Virus record (IMG/VR): IMGVR_UViG_3300042564_003265 | Direction: 5' to 3' (one strand) | Source: a virus | Taxonomy: Duplodnaviria; Heunggongvirae; Uroviricota; Caudoviricetes | DNA length: 64,000 bases | Part shown: piece after piece, positions 16,138 to 24,674 of the stretch | Numbering within the stretch: position 1 is the stretch's first letter | Layout of the letters: every line of letters starts with the position of its first letter | Position numbers and translations under genes: made by a program | The notes under the pieces: model-generated | Database searches by the model: none | What the model was told of the DNA's origin: nothing | What the model saw: only the letters and a program-made list of their open reading frames with translations

Positions 16138-16472
16138 AGTCTTCGTGTTAAATAATCGTAGGTCTCATTTAATATTAGTCGAGCATCCATATGACTTATC
16201 TCATAATCCACACCGGTGATTCCCCTATAACTCAAATAAAGATATCTCCTCACCTCAGACGGACTTGTTATCTGTCCATCCCTAATAAAACCACTCGACC
16301 TATTGTAAAGGTCCCAAGCCGATTGACAATGTATATGACGAATGTCGGTTATCCCGTGATAACGAACATAATGATAGTCCAACCTCCTATTATATTCTCG
16401 AAGAAACTCAATGGTATTGCTACTCACCTCACCACGATTGTTGGTCAAGAATTTAAATGGTCTCATATCCAA
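16134..16472 (-). CDS. FKF-motif family small protein (MDMRPFKFLTNN)
   Basis: N-terminal family motif. Confidence 0.5.
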   Translation of the reverse strand: MDMRPFKFLTNNRGEVSSNTIEFLREYNRRLDYHYVRYHGITDIRHIHCQSAWDLYNRSSGFIRDGQITSPSEVRRYLYLSYRGITGVDYEISHMDARLILNETYDYLTRRL

Positions 16473-16966
16473 TACTGTTGATTGGTTAATCTTAAGAATA
16501 CCGTATAGGTTAGTCTTCCATTATCCTTACTATCACCAAATGATTCCTTTATTCTATGCAACGTGGTTGAAGGATATATCGTTAGTCTATTATATACATT
16601 CTCCACATAATCTATCTCTTCATTCTTATCATTATAAAATGCCGTTCCTGAATTTGGTGGTGGGTTTGGTGTTAAGTATAGAACACCGGCGAAGTCAAAT
16701 ACCCCATCCGTGTGAATAGTATTCGACATATCCTCATTTAATGTATAGTGAAAATAACACCTTAAAAACGAATTATCGAACTTCGGGTTCAACTCTGAGA
16801 GTTTATCCTTTACGAGTTCATATACCTCATCCCCCACCATATTGGTGTATAGACATCTATGTCCCCTCCAACCCGGTGAGTTGGGTTGTGCCTTGGTATA
16901 GGTCAACTCCAACGCATCCTCCCTGACTCTATCAGGGTCATTTAAAAAGTTATCAATTATAATCAT
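16463..16966 (-). CDS. 2OG-Fe(II) oxygenase superfamily protein (P4H/PhyH-like)
   Basis: Start placed at MIIIDNFL... Contains the HxD motif IHTDGVFDFAGVLYLT (the T.LLYLN-type strand of prolyl-hydroxylase-like enzymes) and a distal His in TTLHRI. Confidence 0.4.
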   Translation of the reverse strand: MIIIDNFLNDPDRVREDALELTYTKAQPNSPGWRGHRCLYTNMVGDEVYELVKDKLSELNPKFDNSFLRCYFHYTLNEDMSNTIHTDGVFDFAGVLYLTPNPPPNSGTAFYNDKNEEIDYVENVYNRLTIYPSTTLHRIKESFGDSKDNGRLTYTVFLRLTNQQYWI

Positions 16967-17039
16967 ATACAATAAAATGACAAAGTCGGAAGCAAAACAC
17001 GTCCAAACTCGGAAGTAAAAACGTGACAATCTCGGTAAT

Positions 17040-17345
17040 TTAGTCCACGAAGATGTACCTCGAATCCTTATAATCCCTTCTTGCCTGTTGTTCTTCCTTC
17101 CAATTATTTATAATATCCTCCGCCTGTGACTTGTGTTGAAATGGGTATGAACCCGATTTCCATACCTTGAATGGTAATGGAAAGTAATTTGTTTTATACC
17201 ATACCTTTTGTTGTGGCAAATAATAGGTTGTCCCATTATATACCCACGACTCAATACGATACTTCGGTTTTCCTTCTGTTGTCATCACTCCCAATAACAA
17301 CGATATTAATATAATAATCCTTTTCATTATATGTAAAATATACAC
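17040..17345 (-). CDS. small secreted protein (signal peptide)
   Basis: MKRIIILISLLLGVMTTEG signal-like N-terminus. Confidence 0.45.
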   Translation of the reverse strand: MYILHIMKRIIILISLLLGVMTTEGKPKYRIESWVYNGTTYYLPQQKVWYKTNYFPLPFKVWKSGSYPFQHKSQAEDIINNWKEEQQARRDYKDSRYIFVD

Positions 17346-17361
17346 AAAAATTCTTATTATA

Positions 17362-17667
17362 TCAAATTATATCAGGGAAATTCCACATCGGATGGTTAGA
17401 TTCTATTCTTTGTCCTTGTACCGTATTCCCCTCCTCAATATGTCTGAATAACATATGTTTATATGGTGTTAACCAAATAGGGTCAAACATAATTTGGGTC
17501 ACATCACAGAACACAAACTCATCCGTGTTATAATACTCAGGGTCTGTCGGTTCTAATGGTCTGGTTGGTTCTGTTGTTATCCCACCGAGAAAATAATCAT
17601 CCATCTGGTCCATCCAGTTGGAGAATACTCTCTCCGGTTTGTTTTGGAAGAATTTAAATGGTTTCAT
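17362..17667 (-). CDS. FKF-motif family small protein (MKPFKFFQNKP)
   Basis: N-terminal family motif. Confidence 0.5.
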   Translation of the reverse strand: MKPFKFFQNKPERVFSNWMDQMDDYFLGGITTEPTRPLEPTDPEYYNTDEFVFCDVTQIMFDPIWLTPYKHMLFRHIEEGNTVQGQRIESNHPMWNFPDII

Positions 17668-17888
17668 CGTCTGTTTAATTGTCTACCCATTGCAGAATTT
17701 GTTGATAGATAGTATTCATAACTCATCCTAAACTTTCTCTGTGTCTCCTGAACCGTATATACAAAATGATTCTGCAACATTCTGGTTACAGTACAATAGT
17801 ACCCACGATAATGAAACGATGAACCAATATCTAGTCGACACCTATTCTCATAAGGATTCCTACGAAAGAACTTGAACTCACTTACCAT
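17664..17888 (-). CDS. FKF-motif family small protein (MVSEFKFFRRNP)
   Basis: N-terminal family motif. Codons differ from the paralogs (ttc aag ttc ttt). Confidence 0.45.
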   Translation of the reverse strand: MVSEFKFFRRNPYENRCRLDIGSSFHYRGYYCTVTRMLQNHFVYTVQETQRKFRMSYEYYLSTNSAMGRQLNRR

Positions 17889-18343
17889 ATGTTTAATATT
17901 TTTGCAATAACTGAGGAAACGATAATTGTTATGAGTGTTGACAAAAAGATAATCCCAAATACTTCGTCACTTTGTAACAATATCTTTTGAAAGAACATTT
18001 TTATCTTCGTCTTCCAATTTGGATTTACTCTTGTTACTCTTGGACCACCGGTAAAGAATGGAATATAATCTATGTTGCCGTGATTATCATTATGAACTAT
18101 TCCTGTTGGTTGAGTAGTTTCAAAACGTCTTAACTCCCTATCATAGAAATATCTTTCCATTTCATTATTATTAGGAGGATTACGAAGTCTATCATATAAC
18201 TCACGGTCTGTGTGATATAAACGTCTTCTGTAAACGTGACCATCAGGAGTATCGGCATTGAATGATGCAGTTGCTCGAGTCATCCCCTCCAACATCTGTG
18301 GGTCATCCAATGTTCCCTTCTGAAAAAATTTGAACTCCTTCAT
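17882..18343 (-). CDS. FKF-motif family protein with a C-terminal TM helix (MKEFKFFQKG)
   Basis: N-terminal family motif. C-terminal IIFLSTLITIIVSSVIAKILNIW. Confidence 0.5.
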   Translation of the reverse strand: MKEFKFFQKGTLDDPQMLEGMTRATASFNADTPDGHVYRRRLYHTDRELYDRLRNPPNNNEMERYFYDRELRRFETTQPTGIVHNDNHGNIDYIPFFTGGPRVTRVNPNWKTKIKMFFQKILLQSDEVFGIIFLSTLITIIVSSVIAKILNIW

Positions 18344-18519
18344 TAACGTAAGAATTTAAATTCATTTATTGTTGGTTTCGGTACATCCTCAACAACAATA
18401 TTTTCTAAATAATCAATATAATCTTGTGTCATTGTTATCATTTCACTATACGTTTTATAAAAATCATATAATGAAAATGATAATGTAAGAGGTTCTGTAC
18501 TTATTTCTTTCATATCGTT

Positions 18520-18759
18520 CTATGTGTTAACATCTGGTGTTTCCGCAAACCAACCATCATCAAATATTAGTTTACTTCCGTTGCTTATTAAGTTTCTTCT
18601 GGTCCAATTATCTCTAGGGTTACCCATTCTAAAATTCAATACTCCACAAACGAATAACTCCCTTTGATAGTCTGTATTGTATTTGTTAGGTACAATGATT
18701 TCTCTCCCATCCTCTGGAATAAAAACAAATCCATTTCTTAAAAATTTAAATGGCTTCAC
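18520..18759 (-). CDS. FKF-motif family small protein (GTG start; V/MKPFKFLRNG)
   Basis: Start moved to GTG so the family motif is N-terminal. The track ORF starts 33 nt upstream at an ATG inside the preceding gene. Confidence 0.4.
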   Translation of the reverse strand: MKPFKFLRNGFVFIPEDGREIIVPNKYNTDYQRELFVCGVLNFRMGNPRDNWTRRNLISNGSKLIFDDGWFAETPDVNT

Positions 18760-19057
18760 TATATTGAATTTGTTCTTCAACAATCTCATCAATCATCGGT
18801 TGGTTCTCCAACTCCTCAATAACAATATTAATTGCTTCCGGATAATTGGTGTGACCTTTTTGGAAATAGATACCTGCAAGGCCTAATACTTCATTGTTAA
18901 TGTAGTGACGGTTCTTACCCTTACCATTCACAATTTCGTGGTCCATTGACACATCATCCCAATCTTCCAACACACACCTATGTCCACCTTTTATTTTGTA
19001 ATGTAATCTCACAATATTATTGTGAGAAAATTGTTTGATGAATTCCCCTAATTTCAT
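18746..19057 (-). CDS. hypothetical protein
   Basis: ORF. Confidence 0.45.
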   Translation of the reverse strand: MKLGEFIKQFSHNNIVRLHYKIKGGHRCVLEDWDDVSMDHEIVNGKGKNRHYINNEVLGLAGIYFQKGHTNYPEAINIVIEELENQPMIDEIVEEQIQYSEAI

Positions 19058-19387
19058 TTAAAAATTTTTAATTAGTCCAAATAAAAAACTGATTTGTACT
19101 TTAATACCTTGTCCCCATTCTATATAAAATAATGGGTGGCCATAATTGATTTCTAAAAAAGAAACCCAACTTCTTCCTACTTTGTAGTAGTCAAAAGCAA
19201 ATAGCTCAATGTTTAATCTCATTTTACTTAATTTTAATCTGTTATGTCAACGTGAAAAAATAATGAATCCCATTTCGAATGTGCAAGAAAACGTGAACCG
19301 TCTTTACATTCATAAAGATTAACATCTCGACCATTTACAACATCAGTAAATCGACGACTAATGAATTTTGCAAATAGTCTTTTCATT

Positions 19388-19648
19388 TTACAATTGTTGC
19401 ACTTTTAACATTACATCTGTAACATCTTCAGGTCTTAACCAACCAATCACATCTTCAGTGATGGGTGTGTCGTATGTTAAATCACCGTTTTCATTTAAAA
19501 CTGCCAATTCATATAGTCCTTTATCACCACCATAAGAATAGTCGTGTTTAACAACTGAAACCCCATACCCATTATCAAAAAAAGTACGAGACACAACACC
19601 ATTATTGAATGAGTGTGGTTTAAATTCTAAGTCTTTAAATGTTTTCAT
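19388..19648 (-). CDS. small conserved protein, paralog of 24187-24465
   Basis: KTFKDLEF ... GVSV ... GLYEL ... Y.TP ... VTDVMLKVQQL is shared with the ORF at 24187. Confidence 0.5.
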   Translation of the reverse strand: MKTFKDLEFKPHSFNNGVVSRTFFDNGYGVSVVKHDYSYGGDKGLYELAVLNENGDLTYDTPITEDVIGWLRPEDVTDVMLKVQQL

Positions 19649-19653
19649 ATGTT

Positions 19654-19824
19654 TTAGTTTTTGTCTTCTTTAATTGATTGAGCAAGAAAAAATAAAAAAA
19701 AGAAAGTGGTTAACGCCCATCTATATGGTTCAATCGGCGTGTTAAACTTATATTGGGATGTAACGTATCCACCCAAGACAAATGCTTGTAGGTATGTTAC
19801 TAACTTAATTAAATTCTTTCTCAT
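19654..19824 (-). CDS. small membrane protein
   Basis: Internal start MRKNLIKL... chosen to avoid overlap. Hydrophobic C-terminal half. Confidence 0.35.
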   Translation of the reverse strand: MRKNLIKLVTYLQAFVLGGYVTSQYKFNTPIEPYRWALTTFFFLFFLAQSIKEDKN

Positions 19825-19825
19825 A

Positions 19826-20020
19826 TTAATATCTTCTTTTAATAAACCAAAAAAATGAATTCGGTGATGAACCAATTCTAACTTGTTTTCTATGTTTACC
19901 CGGTTGGTATTTGTTTTGTGATAAGTTGTGATGTCTCATACCCGCACCGTTTATGTGTAACATCGGATTACAAGATACCAAAAATATTCCAGTTAATAAC
20001 AAAAAAAATATTCTTTTCAT
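19826..20020 (-). CDS. small secreted or membrane protein
   Basis: N-terminal signal-like MKRIFFLLLTGIFLVSC. Confidence 0.4.
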   Translation of the reverse strand: MKRIFFLLLTGIFLVSCNPMLHINGAGMRHHNLSQNKYQPGKHRKQVRIGSSPNSFFWFIKRRY

Positions 20021-20118
20021 AATTTAAAATTTACCCCATTGAGATTTGTGTCTGTTTTCTTCGGCAATCTTAAACCCTAACCATATTTCTTTGAAGAATG
20101 ATTTTATTTTATTCATAA

Positions 20119-20361
20119 TTAATATTTGTTTTTTTCTGATTTACCTAAATGTATTCGACCTTTAACAGTTCCATTAAAATTATCCTCTTCAATATTTCTA
20201 TCAACAATCAATGATGTACCATTTAGACTTATCATTTCTTGAAGTGTTTTCTTTGCAATTGAATTGGCATATTTTCTTTTGTGTTTGGTATTATCAGCAC
20301 CTAACAATGGTGCTTCAAATTCAACCTCCAACTCTAAATTAACTGTGTACTTAAATAACAT
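20119..20361 (-). CDS. hypothetical protein
   Basis: ORF with its own promoter at 20366-20396. Confidence 0.45.
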   Translation of the reverse strand: MLFKYTVNLELEVEFEAPLLGADNTKHKRKYANSIAKKTLQEMISLNGTSLIVDRNIEEDNFNGTVKGRIHLGKSEKNKY

Positions 20362-20365
20362 AGGA

Positions 20366-20396
20366 TAAAGTTATTACTTTTTTGGAATATTCCAAA
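20366..20396 (-). promoter_or_regulatory. Bacteroidetes-type promoter on the minus strand
   Basis: Reverse complement reads TTTGGaatattccaaaaaagTAATAACTTTA immediately upstream of gene 20119-20361. The core TTTGGAATATTCCAAA is palindromic. Confidence 0.45.
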
Positions 20397-20636
20397 TTAA
20401 TTTTTAAAAATATTAATCATAATACCCGCTGACCCCGAAGAGACGGTATAATTGTTAAATCTATTGTCATTAATCCACCCGAAGTCCTTGAATCTGAATA
20501 TGATACACAGTTTTCCCTCAAACGTTGCATATATTGCATTGTCTGCGTAGTCTATAGATGGGTGTTGGATGTGACCCATTTTCCAACTATTTCTAAACTC
20601 TTCTTCTAATTCATCAGGTGTGATTAGTATTGTCAT
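20397..20636 (-). CDS. hypothetical protein
   Basis: ORF. Confidence 0.4.
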   Translation of the reverse strand: MTILITPDELEEEFRNSWKMGHIQHPSIDYADNAIYATFEGKLCIIFRFKDFGWINDNRFNNYTVSSGSAGIMINIFKN

Positions 20637-20938
20637 AGGTCTTCTTCTTCGGTGAATTTATAATATTCAATTAATAATAGGTCTGAAGTAATATCAAATC
20701 CCCAACCATCATCATAACGACTAACACCGGTGTGTATCCTACCGTTACAAGTAATTGATTTAACAACCGCAATAAAATTATTAGGAAATTGATTTAAAAA
20801 TTGGTGAATGCCTTGATACTCCTCTACCACCGTGAAACAGTTAAGACCGTTCAAGTTCACAAATGTATCGAACATCCAACTCGGTGAGTCGTCTAATTCT
20901 AATTCATCACCGTTAGAGAAAAATTTGAAGTCCTTCAT
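20633..20938 (-). CDS. FKF-motif family small protein (MKDFKFFSNG)
   Basis: N-terminal family motif. Confidence 0.5.
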   Translation of the reverse strand: MKDFKFFSNGDELELDDSPSWMFDTFVNLNGLNCFTVVEEYQGIHQFLNQFPNNFIAVVKSITCNGRIHTGVSRYDDGWGFDITSDLLLIEYYKFTEEEDL

Positions 20939-21085
20939 ATTATAAAATATAATGAAGAAAAATTAAAATTCCAAAAATATATTATTAAAATAATATAGCT
21001 TTTATAATATGGTAAAGTAAGATACCTCCGGTCCAAAAAACCAAAGTACCAACACCTATAGCAATAATTAGAAATATAATTCTTG

Positions 21086-21778
21086 CTATATTTTCTTTTT
21101 TGTTTGTATCCATTGTTTGATTATTTTATATAAATCTTTTGCCAATTCTTTATGTCCATCTTCTGAATAATGACCATCATTCATTACACCTAACGTTTCG
21201 AGTGTTAGAGTTTCGTAATTATATAACGGAATCACATCTTCAAAAAAACTTTTAATATTCTCATCATCTTTCTCTCGACTTAAATCTGAAAAATACCAAA
21301 AGACAGGACAGATTTCCTCACCACAAATCTTTTTTATTACTTTTGTGTAGTTGGAAACCTCTTTATAATATATACTTGAGGAATTACGATTCACCCCAAT
21401 TTCCTCTAAACTTTTTTCGGACACAAATCTGTTGGGAGATTTACAACCGGCCTGAATCATCACCTTCTCAAACTTGTTGTTGTCATCTGCGATTCTGAAT
21501 CTGTTTGGATATGTCCAGTTGACGATTACGATATCCCCATCCTCAATTTTATCCATAACTTCTATGAAACTATGGAATATTTCATCATTAGAATTACCGG
21601 CAGATGCAAAGATTTCTATGTGACAATTTAATTTATCTCTAATAATTTCACCATAAGACAATGGTGAATAACCTTTCCAAATGTGGTATCTAACCCTATA
21701 ATCAACAGGGTCGTAAAGTTTCGCGTCGAAGTCACTAAACCTCTGACTGAATGAGTCTCCGAATATCCAAATTTTCAT
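21086..21778 (-). CDS. SGNH/GDSL hydrolase family protein, paralog 1
   Basis: Block I at the N-terminus (MKIWIFGDSFSQRF) and block V DxxH near the C-terminus (DGHYSEDGHKELA). Confidence 0.55.
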   Translation of the reverse strand: MKIWIFGDSFSQRFSDFDAKLYDPVDYRVRYHIWKGYSPLSYGEIIRDKLNCHIEIFASAGNSNDEIFHSFIEVMDKIEDGDIVIVNWTYPNRFRIADDNNKFEKVMIQAGCKSPNRFVSEKSLEEIGVNRNSSSIYYKEVSNYTKVIKKICGEEICPVFWYFSDLSREKDDENIKSFFEDVIPLYNYETLTLETLGVMNDGHYSEDGHKELAKDLYKIIKQWIQTKKKI

Positions 21779-22384
21779 TTATAACGAATGTATTCTAGTG
21801 TTTATTTCTTCATAAAATTTATCAGCCACAATCTGATTCCCAACCTCATCGAACATATTATCAATTACAGTTGCACCATTCTCCTCAAAATATTTAACCA
21901 AACAAGTTGTCGATTCATTACACAAGTAACTTCTCTTAGACTTAAATGATGGTCTGGCAGGATAAATCAATCTATCCTCATTACTCGACCAAAAGAATAG
22001 ACTAAATCTTTTTGTTTTAGCCAACTCATCTAAAATATTTTCATAGTAATAAATTTGTTCACACCATTTCTCCGATTGTCTATCTCTTGTGAGATTTTCA
22101 ATAAACAAAGAATCAATGTGTTCATCTCCTAAATCGTTTATATCATAACTAACAAACTCATTGTCTACCGCCATTCTGAAGTTAGTAACTTTACCCCAAC
22201 CAACAATCACAATATCATTTGAATTAATTAAATCACATACTCCACAAAAATCGTCGAATATTTGATAGTTGCAAGTTTTATTTTTCGATAAATTCTTAAC
22301 TTCATATCCAAACTTATCTCCCAATAATTTGGTCCAACTACTTGAACTAAAACTATCACCAAATATCCAAATTACTCTATTCAT
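21779..22384 (-). CDS. SGNH/GDSL hydrolase family protein, paralog 2 (possibly degenerate)
   Basis: VIWIFGDSFSSS N-terminus. Block V reads DNMFDEVGNQ with no His. Confidence 0.45.
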   Translation of the reverse strand: MNRVIWIFGDSFSSSSWTKLLGDKFGYEVKNLSKNKTCNYQIFDDFCGVCDLINSNDIVIVGWGKVTNFRMAVDNEFVSYDINDLGDEHIDSLFIENLTRDRQSEKWCEQIYYYENILDELAKTKRFSLFFWSSNEDRLIYPARPSFKSKRSYLCNESTTCLVKYFEENGATVIDNMFDEVGNQIVADKFYEEINTRIHSL

Positions 22385-23130
22385 ATTAATTTTGGTTTTA
22401 ACTTTTCTGAAATTTCTTTATAAAAAACTTCAGCTTGTATTTGATGTCCAATTTCTCCAAAGTGAACATCTTTAACCTCTCCTTTAGTTTCCACTTCGAT
22501 TTTCTTCGCACCTTTTTTTCTAATTAGGTGGGTTATGGTATCGTCAACAGAATCGCTACACAAATATCTTCTTTTATTTTTAAAATTTGAGGGTTCATTA
22601 TAAATAACTTCGGAGTCACTTGACCAAAAAAATATATCAAAACCTTTAAACTTTGATAGTTCTTCCATAACATCCTCTCTAAAATATATTTCCTCAACAT
22701 ATAATCTATCAGTTCTTTCCACCAAAAGAAAATCCAACACATCAGTTGTCATAAATGATGTTGTATCAACATTGGTGGTCATATTTGGGAGGACTGACAT
22801 AAATTTCGGTAACCCTCTCTCATCATATACTGCAGCTCGAAATCTTGATATTTGTGTCCAACCTACAATAACAATATCACCTTTAGAAATAAATTCACAA
22901 TTATCACAGAACTCTCCAAAAATATGGTCATTAGATGCACCACCCATACCTTTGTTTTCGACCTCCATACCTAACATTTTAGATAGTCTAGTTGGCCAAA
23001 TATCGGGTAGGGTACCACCTAACCATTCTCTATATAATGTATAATTGTTTTTGGTTCCATTTGCATTTATAGATTGGACAGGATGATATTCCGCAGTGTA
23101 ACTACAACCGAATGTCCACAATTTACTCAT
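22381..23130 (-). CDS. SGNH/GDSL hydrolase family protein, paralog 3
   Basis: MSKLWTFGCSYTAEY (G-C-S replacing G-D-S) and DVHFGEIGHQIQAE. Confidence 0.5.
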   Translation of the reverse strand: MSKLWTFGCSYTAEYHPVQSINANGTKNNYTLYREWLGGTLPDIWPTRLSKMLGMEVENKGMGGASNDHIFGEFCDNCEFISKGDIVIVGWTQISRFRAAVYDERGLPKFMSVLPNMTTNVDTTSFMTTDVLDFLLVERTDRLYVEEIYFREDVMEELSKFKGFDIFFWSSDSEVIYNEPSNFKNKRRYLCSDSVDDTITHLIRKKGAKKIEVETKGEVKDVHFGEIGHQIQAEVFYKEISEKLKPKLI

Positions 23131-23875
23131 TGTATAAATTGTTTCTATAACGATTTATATCTCTTAAAAAATATTCAGCCATCACTTTATGACCTACCTC
23201 ACCATAATGTTCATCATCTGGTAGTTCTCTAAGAGTTTCCTCGTGAAAACTTTTCGCACCATATTTGCGTAAAAATTTAGTCATATCAGTATCTGCTTCA
23301 GGAACCAAACACTTGAACTTTAACTTAAATTCTTTGTCTTCTTTATTTATGATATGTTTATCTGCCGACCAAAAATACAATTCAAATTGTTTGGCAAGAC
23401 TCAATTCTTTTATCAATTTCATAAAAGAATACACCTCATCACACCAAATCATATTGGTTCTATTAACCAATATTTGTTGCATAACTTTTAAATCGTATTG
23501 AATATGACTATGTGCTTCGGATGGAATTACAGAAACCCATTGGTGGTACCTTCCCATATTATTATTAACAATATCGAAACGTTCTTTTCTTGACCACTCA
23601 ATAATTACAGTGTCTCCCGATTGAATTCTATGACAATTTGCAACGAATCTATTGAATATTCGGTAATTAGAGAAACCGGGATATCCCATATTTTCTTTCT
23701 CTAAACCTAATTCTCTTGCGACAATAGTTGGCCACACATCAGTAACTTCTCCATTTCTTAAATTTCGATATCTGATGTTGTTATTCTCATTCTCTTCACT
23801 TTGGCCGGGTTTAATATACGATGTGAAATCGTACTCCGCAGTGAAACTACAACCAAATGTCCACAATTTACTCAT
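23123..23875 (-). CDS. SGNH/GDSL hydrolase family protein, paralog 4
   Basis: MSKLWTFGCSFTAEY and DEHYGEVGHKVMAE. The four paralogs 1-4 are tandem and overlap each other by 4-8 nt. Confidence 0.5.
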   Translation of the reverse strand: MSKLWTFGCSFTAEYDFTSYIKPGQSEENENNNIRYRNLRNGEVTDVWPTIVARELGLEKENMGYPGFSNYRIFNRFVANCHRIQSGDTVIIEWSRKERFDIVNNNMGRYHQWVSVIPSEAHSHIQYDLKVMQQILVNRTNMIWCDEVYSFMKLIKELSLAKQFELYFWSADKHIINKEDKEFKLKFKCLVPEADTDMTKFLRKYGAKSFHEETLRELPDDEHYGEVGHKVMAEYFLRDINRYRNNLYNE

Positions 23876-23890
23876 ATCAATAATTATCTT

Positions 23891-24190
23891 TTAAGCTGGT
23901 TCAACAACCTCTTCTACTTTATGCCAAGTCATTTCCTCTTCAGGGAAACAATTACGAAGTGCAAGTACGAAAGTCTTTAGATGGTTAATACAATCTTTGT
24001 CAGCTCTCAGTACTGCCTCACTTAAATTGTTCTTCACTACTGATTGAACAAAGTCACCACCTTGCCAACCAACGTTGTCTCTTGTTCTCATTACTGAAAC
24101 GATAATGTCCACAATGTGCTCACTAGCTTCGATATTATACCTCTTCAAGAAATTTCTAGCGGCTGGATAATACAATTCATCTGTTTTCAT
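23891..24190 (-). CDS. hypothetical protein
   Basis: ORF. Confidence 0.45.
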   Translation of the reverse strand: MKTDELYYPAARNFLKRYNIEASEHIVDIIVSVMRTRDNVGWQGGDFVQSVVKNNLSEAVLRADKDCINHLKTFVLALRNCFPEEEMTWHKVEEVVEPA

Positions 24191-24465
24191 ATTACATCTT
24201 TTTTTGGTAAATTTTGTACTTCTATCATTAGTTCTGTTACCTCATCTTCGGTAAGAAAACCAATGGGTCCTTTCAATGGTGTGTTATAAACAACATTAGT
24301 ATTTAAATCCAATGTCACCAACTCATATAGTCCTTGTTCAGCACCCAAAGAACAAGCAAAAGTTCTAGTAACACTAACACCCCACCTATTTTCAAACATT
24401 AACGTCGAATATTGACCATCTCTATCATAGGTAAATTCGATATCTTTAAATGTTTTATAACTCAT
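24187..24465 (-). CDS. small conserved protein, paralog of 19388-19648
   Basis: MSYKTFKDIEF ... GVSV ... GLYELVTL ... VTELMIEVQNL. Confidence 0.5.
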   Translation of the reverse strand: MSYKTFKDIEFTYDRDGQYSTLMFENRWGVSVTRTFACSLGAEQGLYELVTLDLNTNVVYNTPLKGPIGFLTEDEVTELMIEVQNLPKKDVI

Positions 24466-24674
24466 AGTGATTTCATATATTTCACGTGTTCTTCGATTCC
24501 TTTAAGTTTGGTTGAATACATTTCTCTAATAAACTCACCCAACTTTAAATCGGTTATTGTTTCATCTAAAATAATATCAGATGAAATCGTCAATGTCTTT
24601 TTAGATTCTTCGGACATTTCTATGATTTGTTTAACATAGATATTTCTATCCGATGATAAATTATTCTGTCCCAT
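24462..24674 (-). CDS. hypothetical protein
   Basis: ORF. Confidence 0.4.
   Translation of the reverse strand: MGQNNLSSDRNIYVKQIIEMSEESKKTLTISSDIILDETITDLKLGEFIREMYSTKLKGIEEHVKYMKSL

Noticed and set aside
14235-16926. Several 60-100 aa plus-strand ORFs (14235, 14465, 14831, 15193, 16191, 16411, 16741)
   Set aside because: All are antisense to a continuous, tightly packed minus-strand gene array. Low-complexity translations typical of shadow frames in AT-rich DNA.
20381-20396. Perfect palindrome TTTGGAATATTCCAAA as a possible operator or restriction-site cluster
   Set aside because: Most simply explained as the -33 TTTGG of the minus-strand promoter for gene 20119-20361, with its reverse complement arising by chance in AT-rich DNA. 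The similar string at 25571-25584 (TTGAATATTCCAAA) is likewise part of a promoter.
22269-23501. Plus-strand ORFs 22269, 22772 and 23265, and minus-strand ORF 22533
   Set aside because: Shadow ORFs antisense to or nested in the SGNH hydrolase paralogs.
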